From an uncultured Acidobacteriota bacterium (lineage in GTDB: Bacteria > Acidobacteriota > Thermoanaerobaculia > UBA5066 > Gp7-AA6): a stretch of 64,000 nt of DNA. The position numbers and the translations under genes are program-made. Shown here in pieces: positions 30,711 to 40,310 of this stretch; the stretch's first letter is position 1, and every line of letters starts with the position of its first letter. The DNA is taken from the NCBI GenBank assembly GCA_963764715.1, contig CAVXTP010000006.1, positions 160,001-224,000 on the forward strand, given 5' to 3'. The notes under the pieces were generated by a model. That model worked only from the letters and a program-made list of their open reading frames with translations. It searched no databases and was not told where the DNA came from.

Positions 30711-32042
30711 ATGGCCGCCCGCGCGCTGACGCACGAACGGCGGATCCTGCTCCTGGCGCTCTTCGCCGCGCTGCCCGCGATGGCGACGGCCCTCGTCCTG
30801 CTCTGGACCGGCGACTTCACTCCGAAGCTCCGCTGGACGCTGACCACGGTCCTCGTCCTCGCCTTCCTCGCGTTCACGCAGGCGCTGCGCGAGCGCGTGG
30901 TGCGCCCGCTCCAGACGGTCTCGAACCTGCTCGCGGCCATGCGGGAGGAGGACTTCTCGATCCGCGCGCGCGGCGCGCGTCCGGACGACCCGCTCGGCGA
31001 GGTGCTCCTCGAGGTCAACGCCCTGGCGGCGACGCTCCGGGAGCAACGCCTCGGCGCACTCGAGGCCACGGCGCTGCTATCGAAGGTCATGGCGGAGATC
31101 GACGTCGCGGTGTTCGCGTTCGACGAGCGCGGCGAGCTGCAGCTCGTCAACCGGTTCGGCGAGACGCTGCTCGGCCAGCCCGAGCCGCGGCTGCGCGGGC
31201 GGCGCGCCGAGGAGGTCGGCCTCGCCGCGTTTCTCGTCGACGGCGCGCCCCAGATCCGGGAGGCCGCGTTCCCCGGGCGGTCCGGGCGGTGGGAGATCCG
31301 GACGAGCACGTTCCGCCAGGGCGGCGCCCCCCACCGGCTGCTCGTCCTCGCCGACGTCAGCCGCCCACTGCGCGAGGAAGAGCGACAGGCGTGGCAGCGG
31401 CTCATCCGCGTGCTCGGACACGAGCTCAACAACTCGCTCGCCCCGATCCAGTCGATCGCCGGCAGCCTGCAGCGGCTCGCGAGCCAGAGCGAGCCGCCGG
31501 CCGACTGGCGCGACGATTTGCGCCGGGGCCTCTCGGTCATCGCCTCCCGCGCGGAGGCGCTCTCGCGCTTCACGTCGGCGTACGCCCGGCTCGCCCGGCT
31601 CCCGCCGCCCTCGCCGGCGCCGGTCGACGTGGGCAGCCTCCTCGCCCGGGTCGCGAGCCTCGAGCCGCGCCTGCCGGTCGGGGTCATTCCGGGGCCGTCC
31701 ATGACGGTCCAGGCCGACGCCGACCAGCTCGAGCAGCTCCTCATCAATCTCGTGCGCAACGCCGCCGACGCGGCGATCGAGACCCGGGGAGGCGTCGCCC
31801 TCGGGTGGAAGCGCGGGGCGCGCCAGGTCGAGATCTGGGTGGCCGACGACGGCCCCGGCCTCCCGACGACGACCAACCTCTTCGTGCCGTTCTTCACCAC
31901 GAAGCCCGGCGGCTCGGGGATCGGCCTCGTGCTCTCGCGCCAGATCGCCGAGGCCCACGGCGGGAGCCTCTCGCTCGAGAACCGGCGCGGCCATCACGGC
32001 TCGATCGCGCGCCTGCGCCTTCCGCTCGGCGCGGCCGCTTGA
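30711..32042 (+). CDS. Sensor histidine kinase (2 TM with short loop, HAMP/PAS-like region, HisKA, HATPase)
   Basis: H-box HELNNSL, N-box LINLVRNA, DDGPG, PFFTTK, GSGIGL. Confidence 0.92.
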   Translation: MAARALTHERRILLLALFAALPAMATALVLLWTGDFTPKLRWTLTTVLVLAFLAFTQALRERVVRPLQTVSNLLAAMREEDFSIRARGARPDDPLGEVLLEVNALAATLREQRLGALEATALLSKVMAEIDVAVFAFDERGELQLVNRFGETLLGQPEPRLRGRRAEEVGLAAFLVDGAPQIREAAFPGRSGRWEIRTSTFRQGGAPHRLLVLADVSRPLREEERQAWQRLIRVLGHELNNSLAPIQSIAGSLQRLASQSEPPADWRDDLRRGLSVIASRAEALSRFTSAYARLARLPPPSPAPVDVGSLLARVASLEPRLPVGVIPGPSMTVQADADQLEQLLINLVRNAADAAIETRGGVALGWKRGARQVEIWVADDGPGLPTTTNLFVPFFTTKPGGSGIGLVLSRQIAEAHGGSLSLENRRGHHGSIARLRLPLGAAA

Positions 32043-32046
32043 CGCC

Positions 32047-32937
32047 GTGAGATACCGGGAAGACCGGGTACGCCCGGCGCTCGCGTCCCGCATCGAGTGC
32101 CTCTGGCTCGCGGAGGACGGCGAGGCGCGACCGGGCCCGGCCGAACGCATCCTGCCGGACGGGTGCGTCGAGTGGATCATCCACCTCGGCGCGGCCTACG
32201 CGCGCATCGGGGACGACGGACGCTCGTCCCGGCAGCCCGCGAGCTTCGTCGTCGGGCCGATGTCGCGGCCGATCTCCATCGCGCCGACCGGGCCCGTCCG
32301 AACGCTCGGCGTGCGCTTCCGCCCCGGGGGCGCGCGCGAAGCCCTCGGCGTGCCCCTCGACGTCCTCGCGGACGGGGCGGCCACGGCCGAGGAGCTCTGG
32401 GACGCGGCGGGCCGGAGGATCGAGGACGCGGTCGGTAACGCTTCCGACGACGCGGCGCGCCGCGAAGCCCTCGAGGACTTTCTCGAGGCTCGCCTGGCGC
32501 GCTCGCGGGCCGGCGACGAGCGGCTCGAGTCCGCCGTCGGCGAGGTGCTGGCGGGACGGGGCCGACGGCCCGTCGCCGAGATCGCCCGCCGCGCCGGGTG
32601 GGGACGCCGGCAGCTCGAGCGCGCGTTCCGCGCGGCCGTCGGGCTGACGCCGAAGACGCTGTCGCGCGTGATCCGGTTCCAGAACCTCCTGCGCCTCGCC
32701 GGCCGCCTGCCCCGCGCTTCCTGGGCGGACCTCGCCGCGCGTTGCGGCTACGCCGACCAGGCGCACCTCGTCCGCGAATTCCGCGAGCTCGCCGGAGTCA
32801 CGCCCGCGTCCGGCCAGGCCGCCTCCGGGGAGCTCGGGCGGCACTTCGTCGCGCCGGAGCGCCTCGACGCCCTGCTTTCGGGCCGCGCCCGGGCCGATGA
32901 CGCGTTCGTTCAAGACGGCGCGCGTCGGCCTGCGTAG
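32047..32937 (+). CDS. AraC-family transcriptional regulator (DUF6597-like N-terminus)
   Basis: ERILPDGC N-terminal motif. RQLERAFRAAVGLTPK and CGYADQAHLVREFR HTH motifs. Confidence 0.88.
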   Translation: MRYREDRVRPALASRIECLWLAEDGEARPGPAERILPDGCVEWIIHLGAAYARIGDDGRSSRQPASFVVGPMSRPISIAPTGPVRTLGVRFRPGGAREALGVPLDVLADGAATAEELWDAAGRRIEDAVGNASDDAARREALEDFLEARLARSRAGDERLESAVGEVLAGRGRRPVAEIARRAGWGRRQLERAFRAAVGLTPKTLSRVIRFQNLLRLAGRLPRASWADLAARCGYADQAHLVREFRELAGVTPASGQAASGELGRHFVAPERLDALLSGRARADDAFVQDGARRPA

Positions 32938-32964
32938 AGTCCGCGGTCGAAAAGGAGGTCTCCC

Positions 32965-33411
32965 ATGCTCTCGATCCTTCTGGCGCTGACGCTCACCGCC
33001 GCCCCGGGAACGCCCGCCGACGCCGCCAGCCTGTCCTGGATGAGCGGAAGCTGGGCGGGCTCGCAGGACGGAACGGAGGCCGAGGAGGTGTGGACGTCGC
33101 CCCGGGGCGGCTCGCTCCTCGGGCTCCACCGCGACGTCAAGGCCGGCCGCACGGTCTCCTTCGAGTTCCTGCGCATCGAGGCCTCCGGCGGGGCCCTCGT
33201 CTACTGGGCGAGCCCCGGCGGAAAGCCCGCGACGCCGTTTCGCGCCGTCGAGAGCGCGAAGAACCGGATCGTCTTCGAGAACCGCGAGCACGACTTCCCG
33301 AACCGGATCCTGTACTGGCTCGGGACCGACGGCGCCCTCCATGCCCGGATCGAGGGCACGCTCCAGGGCAAGCCCGCGGGCGAGGAATGGGCGTGGCGAA
33401 GGACGAACTGA
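32965..33411 (+). CDS. Secreted protein (DUF6265-like)
   Basis: AAGGAGG RBS, signal peptide, LSWMSGSW, FENREHDFPNRILY. Confidence 0.75.
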   Translation: MLSILLALTLTAAPGTPADAASLSWMSGSWAGSQDGTEAEEVWTSPRGGSLLGLHRDVKAGRTVSFEFLRIEASGGALVYWASPGGKPATPFRAVESAKNRIVFENREHDFPNRILYWLGTDGALHARIEGTLQGKPAGEEWAWRRTN

Positions 33412-33465
33412 CCGCCGGGGACCGGCGCCTGCCCGCGGTCGTCGCCTATCCGCCGGCCCTCCCCT

Positions 33466-33495
33466 GATCGTCCCGGAAAACCGGCGTTCCGTCCC
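33466..33495 (+). promoter_or_regulatory. LytTR-type direct repeat (CGTCCC, 21-bp period)
   Basis: GATCGTCCC (33466-33474) and TTCCGTCCC (33487-33495) lie upstream of the LytS-type sensor. Confidence 0.4.
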
Positions 33496-33560
33496 CCGCG
33501 CTTCATCGACGATCCGCGCCGCCCTTGCGGGCCAGCCTCGTTCTCGGGCTTTTCTGAGGC

Positions 33561-36533
33561 GTGAACCGGGTCCGCCTCGGCCTCGCCGGGCTTCTCCTGC
33601 TCGCCGCCTGTCAGCTCTGGGGGCTCGATCCCTCCACACCCCTGACCCAGTTCGGCCACGACGTCTGGACGAGCGACTCGGGGCTGCCCCAGAACTCGAT
33701 CACGGCGATGGTCCAGGCGCGCGACGGCTACATCTGGCTCGGGACGCAGGAGGGCCTGGTCCGGTTCGACGGGTCGCGCTTCGTCATCTTCGACACCCGC
33801 AACACGAAGGCCCTGAACGACGACTGGGTGCAGGCGCTGCTCGAGAGCCGCGACGGCACGCTGTGGATCGGCACGGTGACCGGCCTGGCGCGCCGCCGGG
33901 ACGGAGAGTTCCTCCCGCCCCTCGAGGGACCGCTCTCCCGCGCGATCGTGCGGGGACTCTTCGAGGGCCGCGACGGGTCGGTCTGGGTGGCCTCGAGCTT
34001 CGGAGTCACGCGATTCCGGGGAGCGGAGATCCGCACGTGGGCGGAGCCGGACGGTCTTCCGCCGGGCCGGGTGCTCTCGATCGCCGAGGACGCGGAGGGA
34101 ACGCTCTGGGTCGGCGGAACCTGGGGAGTCGCCCGCCTCGCGGGCGACCGTTTCGAGCCCTGGTCGGTGCGCGACGGCTTCCCGGGCGCCGCGCTGTCGA
34201 TGCTGGCCGACCCCGAAGGCGGGTTGTGGGTCGGGCTGGGTTGCGGGCTCGCCCGCGTCTCCGGTCGCTCGACGCAGCTCCACGGGGCCGCGGAGGGATT
34301 GACGAACAACTTCGTCCGGGCGCTCCGGCGCGACCGGGCCGGCAGCCTCTGGCTCGCGACCGACGGCGGTCTCTTCCGCTATCGGGACGGCCGTTTCGTG
34401 CGGCACGGCGAAGGCGACGGTCTCTCGTCCAATCGGATCCTGTCGATTCTTGAGGACCGCGAGGGAAGCCTGTGGATCGGGACCGCCGACGGGGGCCTCG
34501 ACCGGATCCGGGAGCGGCGCATCGCCTATTACACCGAGGCGGAAGGCCTCTCGGACAACCGGCTGTGGTCGGTGTTCGAGGACAGCCGCGGGAATCTCTG
34601 GACCGGAACGGCCGAGGGAGTTCTCAACCGCATGCCGGCCGGCAGCGACCGCTTCGAGCCGGTGGCCAGGCTCGGCGCGGCGATCATGGCGATCGCCGAG
34701 GATACGCAGGGCGGGCTCTGGGTCGGCACCCGCGGCGGAGGCGTCGTCGCCCTGCGCGACGGCCGGACGCGCCGCTACGTCCAGGCGGACGGGCTGTCGG
34801 GCAACTGGGTCTCCTCGCTCCTCGTCGACCGGCACGGCGCGGTCTGGGTCGGCACGATGGCCTCGGGCCTGAACCGGATCGAGAACGGCGTCATCTCCGG
34901 ATTCCGCGGACCGGGCGTGCTCGGCTCCGACGCCGTCTTCTCGATCTACGAGGACCGCGCCGGAAGCCTCTGGATCGGAACGTTCGGCGGCGGCGTCACC
35001 CGCTACGCGAACGGCCGGTTCGACACGTTCACGACGAAGGACGGCCTCGCCCACGACGTCGTGATGTCGACCTACGAAGACGCCGACGGTACGTTCTGGT
35101 TCGCCACCCGGGGCGGGCTCTCCCGCTTCCGCGACGGCCGCTTCACGACCTTCCGGCAGAAGGAGGGCGTCTTCCACGACGCCGCCCAGCGCGTCATCGA
35201 GGACGGGCGCGGATACCTCTGGCTGACCAGCAACCGGGGGATCTTCCGCGTCTCGCAGGCCGAGCTCGCGGAGGCGGCGCGCGCTCCCGGCCGGATCTCC
35301 GACGCGGCGACGTTCACCACGGCGACCGTCATGGGAGTCGCGGAATGCAACAACGCGCAGCACGGCGCGTGGAAAACCCGCGACGGGCGCCTGTGGTTCG
35401 CCACGGTCAAGGGCCTCGCCATGGCCGATCCCGCGCGCATCACGACCAATCCGGTGCCGCCGAACGTGGTCGTCGAGCAGGTCACCGCGGACGGGCAGAC
35501 GCTGCCCCTCGCCGGAGGCGTGAGCCTTCCGGCCGGCACGCGCCGGCTCGAGATCGCCTACACGGCCCTCGCGTTCCGCAACCCGGGGGCCGTCCGGTTC
35601 CGATTCCGGCTCGAGGGCTTCGAGAAGGACTGGGTCGACGCGGGGCCCCGGCGCACCGCGTACTACACGAACCTTCCGCCCGGGCGGTACCGCTTCCGCG
35701 TCCGCGCCGCGAACGAGGACGGCGTGTGGAGCGAGGCCGGCGCCTCGACCGCGGTGGTGCTCGCGCGCCACCTCCACGAAACCGCGTGGTTCCGGGCTCT
35801 CGCCGCGGCGCTGCTCGCGGCCGGCGGCTCCGCGCTCTACCGCCTGCGGGTCCGGCGGCTCGAGGTGCGCGAGCGGTTGCGCACGGCGCTCGTCGAGGCG
35901 CAGCTCGACGCGCTCCAGTTCCAGCTCCGCCCGCACTTCCTCTTCAACACGTTGAACAGCATCCTGCCGCTCGTCGGCAAGGACCCCGAGCGGGCGCGGC
36001 AGATGGTCGTGCGGCTCGGGGACCTCCTGCGGGTCTCGCTGCGCTCCGAGGAGCATCCGCTCGTCACGCTCGAGGAGGAGATCGCGATCCTCGAGAAGTA
36101 CCTCTCGATCGAAGAGGTCCGCTTCCGCGACCGGCTCGACGTTTCGATCGCCGTCGACCCCGCCGTCGCGGCGGCGAAGGTGCCGAGCTTCCTGCTTCAG
36201 CCCCTCGTCGAGAACGCGATCAAGCACGGACTCGGCGGGCGGGCCGGGCGCGGCCGCATCGCGGTGACGGCCCGGGAGGAGTCCGGCATGCTCGCCCTCG
36301 TCGTGCGGGACAACGGCCCCGGGCCCCGCGCGAGCTCGATCGACACGACCGGCGGGATCGGCCTCGCGAACACGCGCCGCCGGCTGGAGGCGCTGTACCC
36401 CGGGCGCCACGGGCTCGAGCTCCTGGCGGCCGCCGGCGGAGGCGCCGAAGTGCGGCTGACGATCCCGCTCGTCCTCGCCGCCGTCCGCACCGCCCCGGCC
36501 GAGGCCGCGGCGAGCTTCTCGCGCGCGTCCTGA
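33561..36533 (+). CDS. Beta-propeller (Reg_prop/Y_Y_Y) LytS-type sensor histidine kinase
   Basis: Signal peptide, many DxxGxLWxGT propeller repeats, YTNLPPGRYRFRVRA (Y_Y_Y), a TM helix, QLRPHFLFNTLNSI, LQPLVENAIKHG, GIGLANTRRRL. Confidence 0.92.
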   Translation: MNRVRLGLAGLLLLAACQLWGLDPSTPLTQFGHDVWTSDSGLPQNSITAMVQARDGYIWLGTQEGLVRFDGSRFVIFDTRNTKALNDDWVQALLESRDGTLWIGTVTGLARRRDGEFLPPLEGPLSRAIVRGLFEGRDGSVWVASSFGVTRFRGAEIRTWAEPDGLPPGRVLSIAEDAEGTLWVGGTWGVARLAGDRFEPWSVRDGFPGAALSMLADPEGGLWVGLGCGLARVSGRSTQLHGAAEGLTNNFVRALRRDRAGSLWLATDGGLFRYRDGRFVRHGEGDGLSSNRILSILEDREGSLWIGTADGGLDRIRERRIAYYTEAEGLSDNRLWSVFEDSRGNLWTGTAEGVLNRMPAGSDRFEPVARLGAAIMAIAEDTQGGLWVGTRGGGVVALRDGRTRRYVQADGLSGNWVSSLLVDRHGAVWVGTMASGLNRIENGVISGFRGPGVLGSDAVFSIYEDRAGSLWIGTFGGGVTRYANGRFDTFTTKDGLAHDVVMSTYEDADGTFWFATRGGLSRFRDGRFTTFRQKEGVFHDAAQRVIEDGRGYLWLTSNRGIFRVSQAELAEAARAPGRISDAATFTTATVMGVAECNNAQHGAWKTRDGRLWFATVKGLAMADPARITTNPVPPNVVVEQVTADGQTLPLAGGVSLPAGTRRLEIAYTALAFRNPGAVRFRFRLEGFEKDWVDAGPRRTAYYTNLPPGRYRFRVRAANEDGVWSEAGASTAVVLARHLHETAWFRALAAALLAAGGSALYRLRVRRLEVRERLRTALVEAQLDALQFQLRPHFLFNTLNSILPLVGKDPERARQMVVRLGDLLRVSLRSEEHPLVTLEEEIAILEKYLSIEEVRFRDRLDVSIAVDPAVAAAKVPSFLLQPLVENAIKHGLGGRAGRGRIAVTAREESGMLALVVRDNGPGPRASSIDTTGGIGLANTRRRLEALYPGRHGLELLAAAGGGAEVRLTIPLVLAAVRTAPAEAAASFSRAS

Positions 36534-36543
36534 CGCGGGCGGC

Positions 36544-38739
36544 TCAGCGCGGGACGCTCTTCGCCCGGACTTCCTCCGACGTCAGATCGCCGGGCCGGAT
36601 CGGCACGCGGCGCAGGCGCTTGCCCGTGGCCTGGAAGACGGCGTTGGCGACCGCCGGGGCGACCGGGGGCACCGGCTGCTCGCCGAGGCCGGTCGGACGC
36701 CGGTCGCTCTCGACGAGGTGCGTCTCGACGCGCGGCATCTCCGAGATCGCGAGGACCGGGAAGTCGGCGAAGCTCGTCTCGACGACGCGCCCGCCCCGGT
36801 AAGTGATCTCGCCCTTCAGGGCGTACGACAGCCCCCACGCGATTCCGCTCTCGACCTGCCCCCGCACGCCCAGGCGGTTGACGATCTGGCCGCAGTCGAG
36901 GGCCGTGACCACCCGGTGAACGCGCACGTCGCCCGCCGGGCCCACCGACACCTCGGCGACCTGCGCGATCATCGTGCGCGCGTGGTAGACGTTGCAGGCG
37001 ATCCCGCGGCCGGCGCGGCGCCCGGCGGGAGCCTCGAGCCGGCGGTCCCAGCCGGCCTTCTCCGCAGCGAGCTTCACGACGGCCGCCAGGCGCGGGCGGT
37101 CGATCTTCCACCGCCCGTTCGGAAGCGTCAGGACGGGCTCGCCCTCGAGGAGCGAAAGGCGCAGCGCGACGGGATCGCGCCCGAGCCGCGCGGCGACCTC
37201 GTCCACGAAGGACTCGCGCGCGAAGACGTTCGGCGGATAGTAGACCGCCCGCCAGGCCCCGGTGCGGACGGGCGACTCGACCTCCGTGTATTCCGCCGAG
37301 AGGTTCTCGATCGCGTACGGCGTGTCGTAGCCGCCCCACGGACTCACGTCGTTCTCGCTGTCGGCCGGGTCGAAGTCGCCGAACATCGAAAGATGGAAGC
37401 ACGTCGAGCGGTGGGTCCACGCCGTGATCTTCCCGGAGGCGTCGATCCCGGCTTCGAGGTCCGCCCGTTCGCTCGGGTGGACGTAATCGCCGAGGAAGTC
37501 GTCCTCGCGCGACCAGACGACCTGGACCGGGATCCCGGCGGCGCGCGCGACCTCGACCGCCTCCGTGGCGTAGTCGGCATGGAGCCGCCGGCCGAACCCT
37601 CCGCCGAGGAGCGTGACGTGCACGTCGACCTTGTCCGGCGGGAGCTTCAGGAGCTCGGCGCACGCCTTCTGGACCCGCTGAGGGTTCTGGGTCGGGGCCC
37701 AGATCTCGCACCGACCGCGCGAGACCTTCGCCGTGCAGTTCTGGGGCTCGACCGTCGCGTGGGCCTGGAAGCCGTCCCGGTACGAGGCCGCGACCCGCGT
37801 CGGGGCGGCCTGGAGCGCCGCCGCCGCGTCGCCCTGCCTTCGCGTCCGGTGGCGGGCATGGCCCGGAGTCGAGTCGGGGTCGTCGAGGCGACGGGCGAGC
37901 TCGGCGCTCGTCAGCGACGCGTTGGCGCCCTCGTCCCACGACGCCCCGAGCGCGTCGCGGCCGGAGAAGGCGGCGAAGCTGTCGCGCGCGACGACCGCGA
38001 CGCCCGTCGAAACCTCCACGACCTTTTCGACGCCCGGGACCGCCATCGCCTTCGCGGCGTCGAACCGGACGAGCTTTCCTCCGGGGACCGGACAACGCGC
38101 GACCGCCGCAAAGCGCATCCCCGGAACGCGAACGTCGAGCCCGTAGACCGCCCGTCCCGAGACGATCGCGGGGCCGTCCACGCGCGGCACATCCGTCCCG
38201 ACGAGGCGAAAGTCCTTCCGGTCCTTCAGGCGCGGCTCCTTCGGGACGGGAAGCGTCCCGGCGACCACGGCGAGCTTCCCGTAGGGCAGACGGCGCCCGG
38301 TCGGGGCGTGGGTCACGGCGCCGTCCCGCGCCGCGCACTCCGCCGCGGGGACCTTCCAGGTCTGCGCCGCCGCCGACACCAGCATCTCGCGCGCCGCGGC
38401 GCCGGCCACGCGGAGCGGCATCCAGGAGTCCTCGACGCTGTCGCTTCCGCCGGTGCCGAGGTTTTCGTAGCCCGGCCCCGGCGAGGCCTGAACGAGCCGG
38501 ACGCCGGAAAGGTCGACCTCGAGCTCCTCGGCGAGGATCATCGCGAGGGACGTCCGCACGCCCTGCCCCATCTCGGAGTGGCCGACGACGAGCGTCACCG
38601 CGCCGTCCTTCCCGATCGAGATCCAGGGATTGGGGGCGAACGGCGGCGTAGCGTCCTGGCCGAAGAGCGGGACCTCGACGAGGAGCGCCGCGCCCCCGGC
38701 CGCGCCGGCCTTCAGAAACTCTCGCCGCGTCGCGCTCAT
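36544..38739 (-). CDS. Molybdopterin oxidoreductase large subunit, isoquinoline 1-oxidoreductase beta (IorB)-like, Tat-exported
   Basis: [10 protein letters not shown] Tat motif, [42 protein letters not shown]. Confidence 0.9.
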   Translation of the reverse strand: MSATRREFLKAGAAGGAALLVEVPLFGQDATPPFAPNPWISIGKDGAVTLVVGHSEMGQGVRTSLAMILAEELEVDLSGVRLVQASPGPGYENLGTGGSDSVEDSWMPLRVAGAAAREMLVSAAAQTWKVPAAECAARDGAVTHAPTGRRLPYGKLAVVAGTLPVPKEPRLKDRKDFRLVGTDVPRVDGPAIVSGRAVYGLDVRVPGMRFAAVARCPVPGGKLVRFDAAKAMAVPGVEKVVEVSTGVAVVARDSFAAFSGRDALGASWDEGANASLTSAELARRLDDPDSTPGHARHRTRRQGDAAAALQAAPTRVAASYRDGFQAHATVEPQNCTAKVSRGRCEIWAPTQNPQRVQKACAELLKLPPDKVDVHVTLLGGGFGRRLHADYATEAVEVARAAGIPVQVVWSREDDFLGDYVHPSERADLEAGIDASGKITAWTHRSTCFHLSMFGDFDPADSENDVSPWGGYDTPYAIENLSAEYTEVESPVRTGAWRAVYYPPNVFARESFVDEVAARLGRDPVALRLSLLEGEPVLTLPNGRWKIDRPRLAAVVKLAAEKAGWDRRLEAPAGRRAGRGIACNVYHARTMIAQVAEVSVGPAGDVRVHRVVTALDCGQIVNRLGVRGQVESGIAWGLSYALKGEITYRGGRVVETSFADFPVLAISEMPRVETHLVESDRRPTGLGEQPVPPVAPAVANAVFQATGKRLRRVPIRPGDLTSEEVRAKSVPR

Positions 38740-39221
38740 CGGGTGCTCCCGTCCGCGGCGAGACGGCCGGCGGCGTGGACGGCGCGCCGGATGCGCGCGT
38801 AGGTCCCGCAGCGGCAGACGTGGTCGGAGAGCGCGCCGTCGATGTCGGCGTCGGCCGCGGCTGGCTTCTCGCGCAGGAGCGCCGCCGCCTCCATGATCAT
38901 TCCCGGCTGGCAGTAGCCGCACTGCGCGACGTCCTCCGCGAGCCAGGCCCTCTGGCAGGGGTGCCGGCCGTCGGCCGAGAGGCCCTCGATCGTCGTCACG
39001 CGCTTCCCGCCGGCGGCCACTTCGGCGAGCGTCACCTGGCACGACCGGACGGCCCGACCGTCCACGTGCAGCGTGCACGCGCCGCAGATGCCGGCGCCGC
39101 ACCCGTATTTCGTTCCGGTCAGGCCGAGAAAATCCCGCAACACCCAGAGAAGCGGCGTGTCCGGGTTTCCGGCCTCGACCGTGCGCTTCCGGCCGTTGAC
39201 GGTGAGCTCCCAGGTCTTCAT
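38736..39221 (-). CDS. (2Fe-2S)-binding small subunit (IorA/CoxS-like)
   Basis: [31 protein letters not shown]-coupled to the large subunit. Confidence 0.93.
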   Translation of the reverse strand: MKTWELTVNGRKRTVEAGNPDTPLLWVLRDFLGLTGTKYGCGAGICGACTLHVDGRAVRSCQVTLAEVAAGGKRVTTIEGLSADGRHPCQRAWLAEDVAQCGYCQPGMIMEAAALLREKPAAADADIDGALSDHVCRCGTYARIRRAVHAAGRLAADGSTR

Positions 39222-39246
39222 GCGCGCAGGGTCCCCCCGCGGTTCA

Positions 39247-39309
39247 AACGGAAAAGCCGCTCCCGGGTTTCTCTCCCCGGACGAGCGGCCCGATTCGGAG
39301 GACGGAAAT
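39247..39309 (-). promoter_or_regulatory. ECF-like promoter (GAAAC-N16-CGTT) preceded by 21-bp-period CGTCC direct repeats
   Basis: Minus strand reads TTCCGTCC...GCTCGTCC (cores at 39300-39304 and 39279-39283), then GAAAC (39267-39271), 16 nt and CGTT (39247-39250). Confidence 0.45.
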
Positions 39310-39315
39310 CCCGAG

Positions 39316-40296
39316 CTACCGCGCGCGCGCGACCGTGAGGGTCACCGTCAGTGCCATCTCGCCCGCCGCCGGCTCGACCCGCGCCGTCTGGACCCAGGCC
39401 TCGCCGCCCGACGCGTACCGCCACGTCCCGGCGGACTGCTTCTTCCAGCCCGGCGAGTCGGCGAAGGCCTTGTCGAGCCGGGCGAGGAACGTCGCCGGGC
39501 TCGCGTCGGTGCGGATCTTCCAGCTCGCCTCCCAGCGCTCGCGGGTGCCCTCGTACCGCAGGAGCGTGCGGGAGTACTCGCTCGCCACCTGGAAGCCGGC
39601 ATCGAGGTACTGGTCGGCCAGGCTCGCGCGCGCCCAGCCCGAGTCGGGGCGCCAGTCGTACTCCATCCCGACGGCGGCGATCTGGGCCGTGCCCTTGCCG
39701 TAGAGCTTCTCGATGACGTGCAGGGCGCCGTCGATCCCCGAGGACAGGCCCGCCGACGTGATGATCTTGCCGTTGTCGACGAACCGCTTGTCTCGCACGA
39801 CCTTCGTCTTCGGCGCCGCCGTCTTCAGGTCGTCGATCATTCCGGCGAAGGTCGTGGCCTCGAGGCCGTCGAGAAGCCCCGCCTGCGCCAGGAAGAAGGC
39901 CCCGTTGCAGACCGAGAGCACCACCTCGGCGCCCTTCGCGGACTGCTGGATCCAGCGGATGAGGGCCTCGTGGGAGAGCTGGGGACCGACGTTGCCTCCC
40001 GGGATCACGAGCACGTCGGGCCGCGGCGCCCGGGCGAGATCGTAGGACGGGATCACCGTCATGCCCATCGCCGTCTCGAGGGGCGAGGTCGTCTCGCCGA
40101 CCGAGTAGATGCGGAAGGCCTTCTTGCCGTCGACACGGGCGTGGCCGAGGACTTCCCAGGGTCCGGTGTAGTCGATGATCTGGACGCCGGGGAAGAGCAG
40201 CACGGCGACGTTCTTCTCGCCGCCTTCCTTCGGGCCGAGGGCCAGGGCCGGGAAGGAGAAAGCCAGGATCAGGATCGCGAGGACAGTCCGTTTCAT
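39316..40296 (-). CDS. Secreted DJ-1/PfpI-family protein
   Basis: Signal peptide [33 protein letters not shown], catalytic [16 protein letters not shown]. Confidence 0.88.
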   Translation of the reverse strand: MKRTVLAILILAFSFPALALGPKEGGEKNVAVLLFPGVQIIDYTGPWEVLGHARVDGKKAFRIYSVGETTSPLETAMGMTVIPSYDLARAPRPDVLVIPGGNVGPQLSHEALIRWIQQSAKGAEVVLSVCNGAFFLAQAGLLDGLEATTFAGMIDDLKTAAPKTKVVRDKRFVDNGKIITSAGLSSGIDGALHVIEKLYGKGTAQIAAVGMEYDWRPDSGWARASLADQYLDAGFQVASEYSRTLLRYEGTRERWEASWKIRTDASPATFLARLDKAFADSPGWKKQSAGTWRYASGGEAWVQTARVEPAAGEMALTVTLTVARAR

Positions 40297-40310
40297 GAGG
40301 GCCTCCGATT

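Noticed and set aside
26390-32964. Similar leaders TCGAAAAAGGAGACCTCC (26393-26410) and TCGAAAAGGAGGTCTCC (32947-32963)
   Set aside because: They are short and centred on Shine-Dalgarno sequences, so RBS convergence explains them adequately.
33561-35460. Repeated TGGxTCGGxAC DNA motifs
   Set aside because: These are the LWxGT blades of the sensor beta-propeller, not a DNA repeat element.
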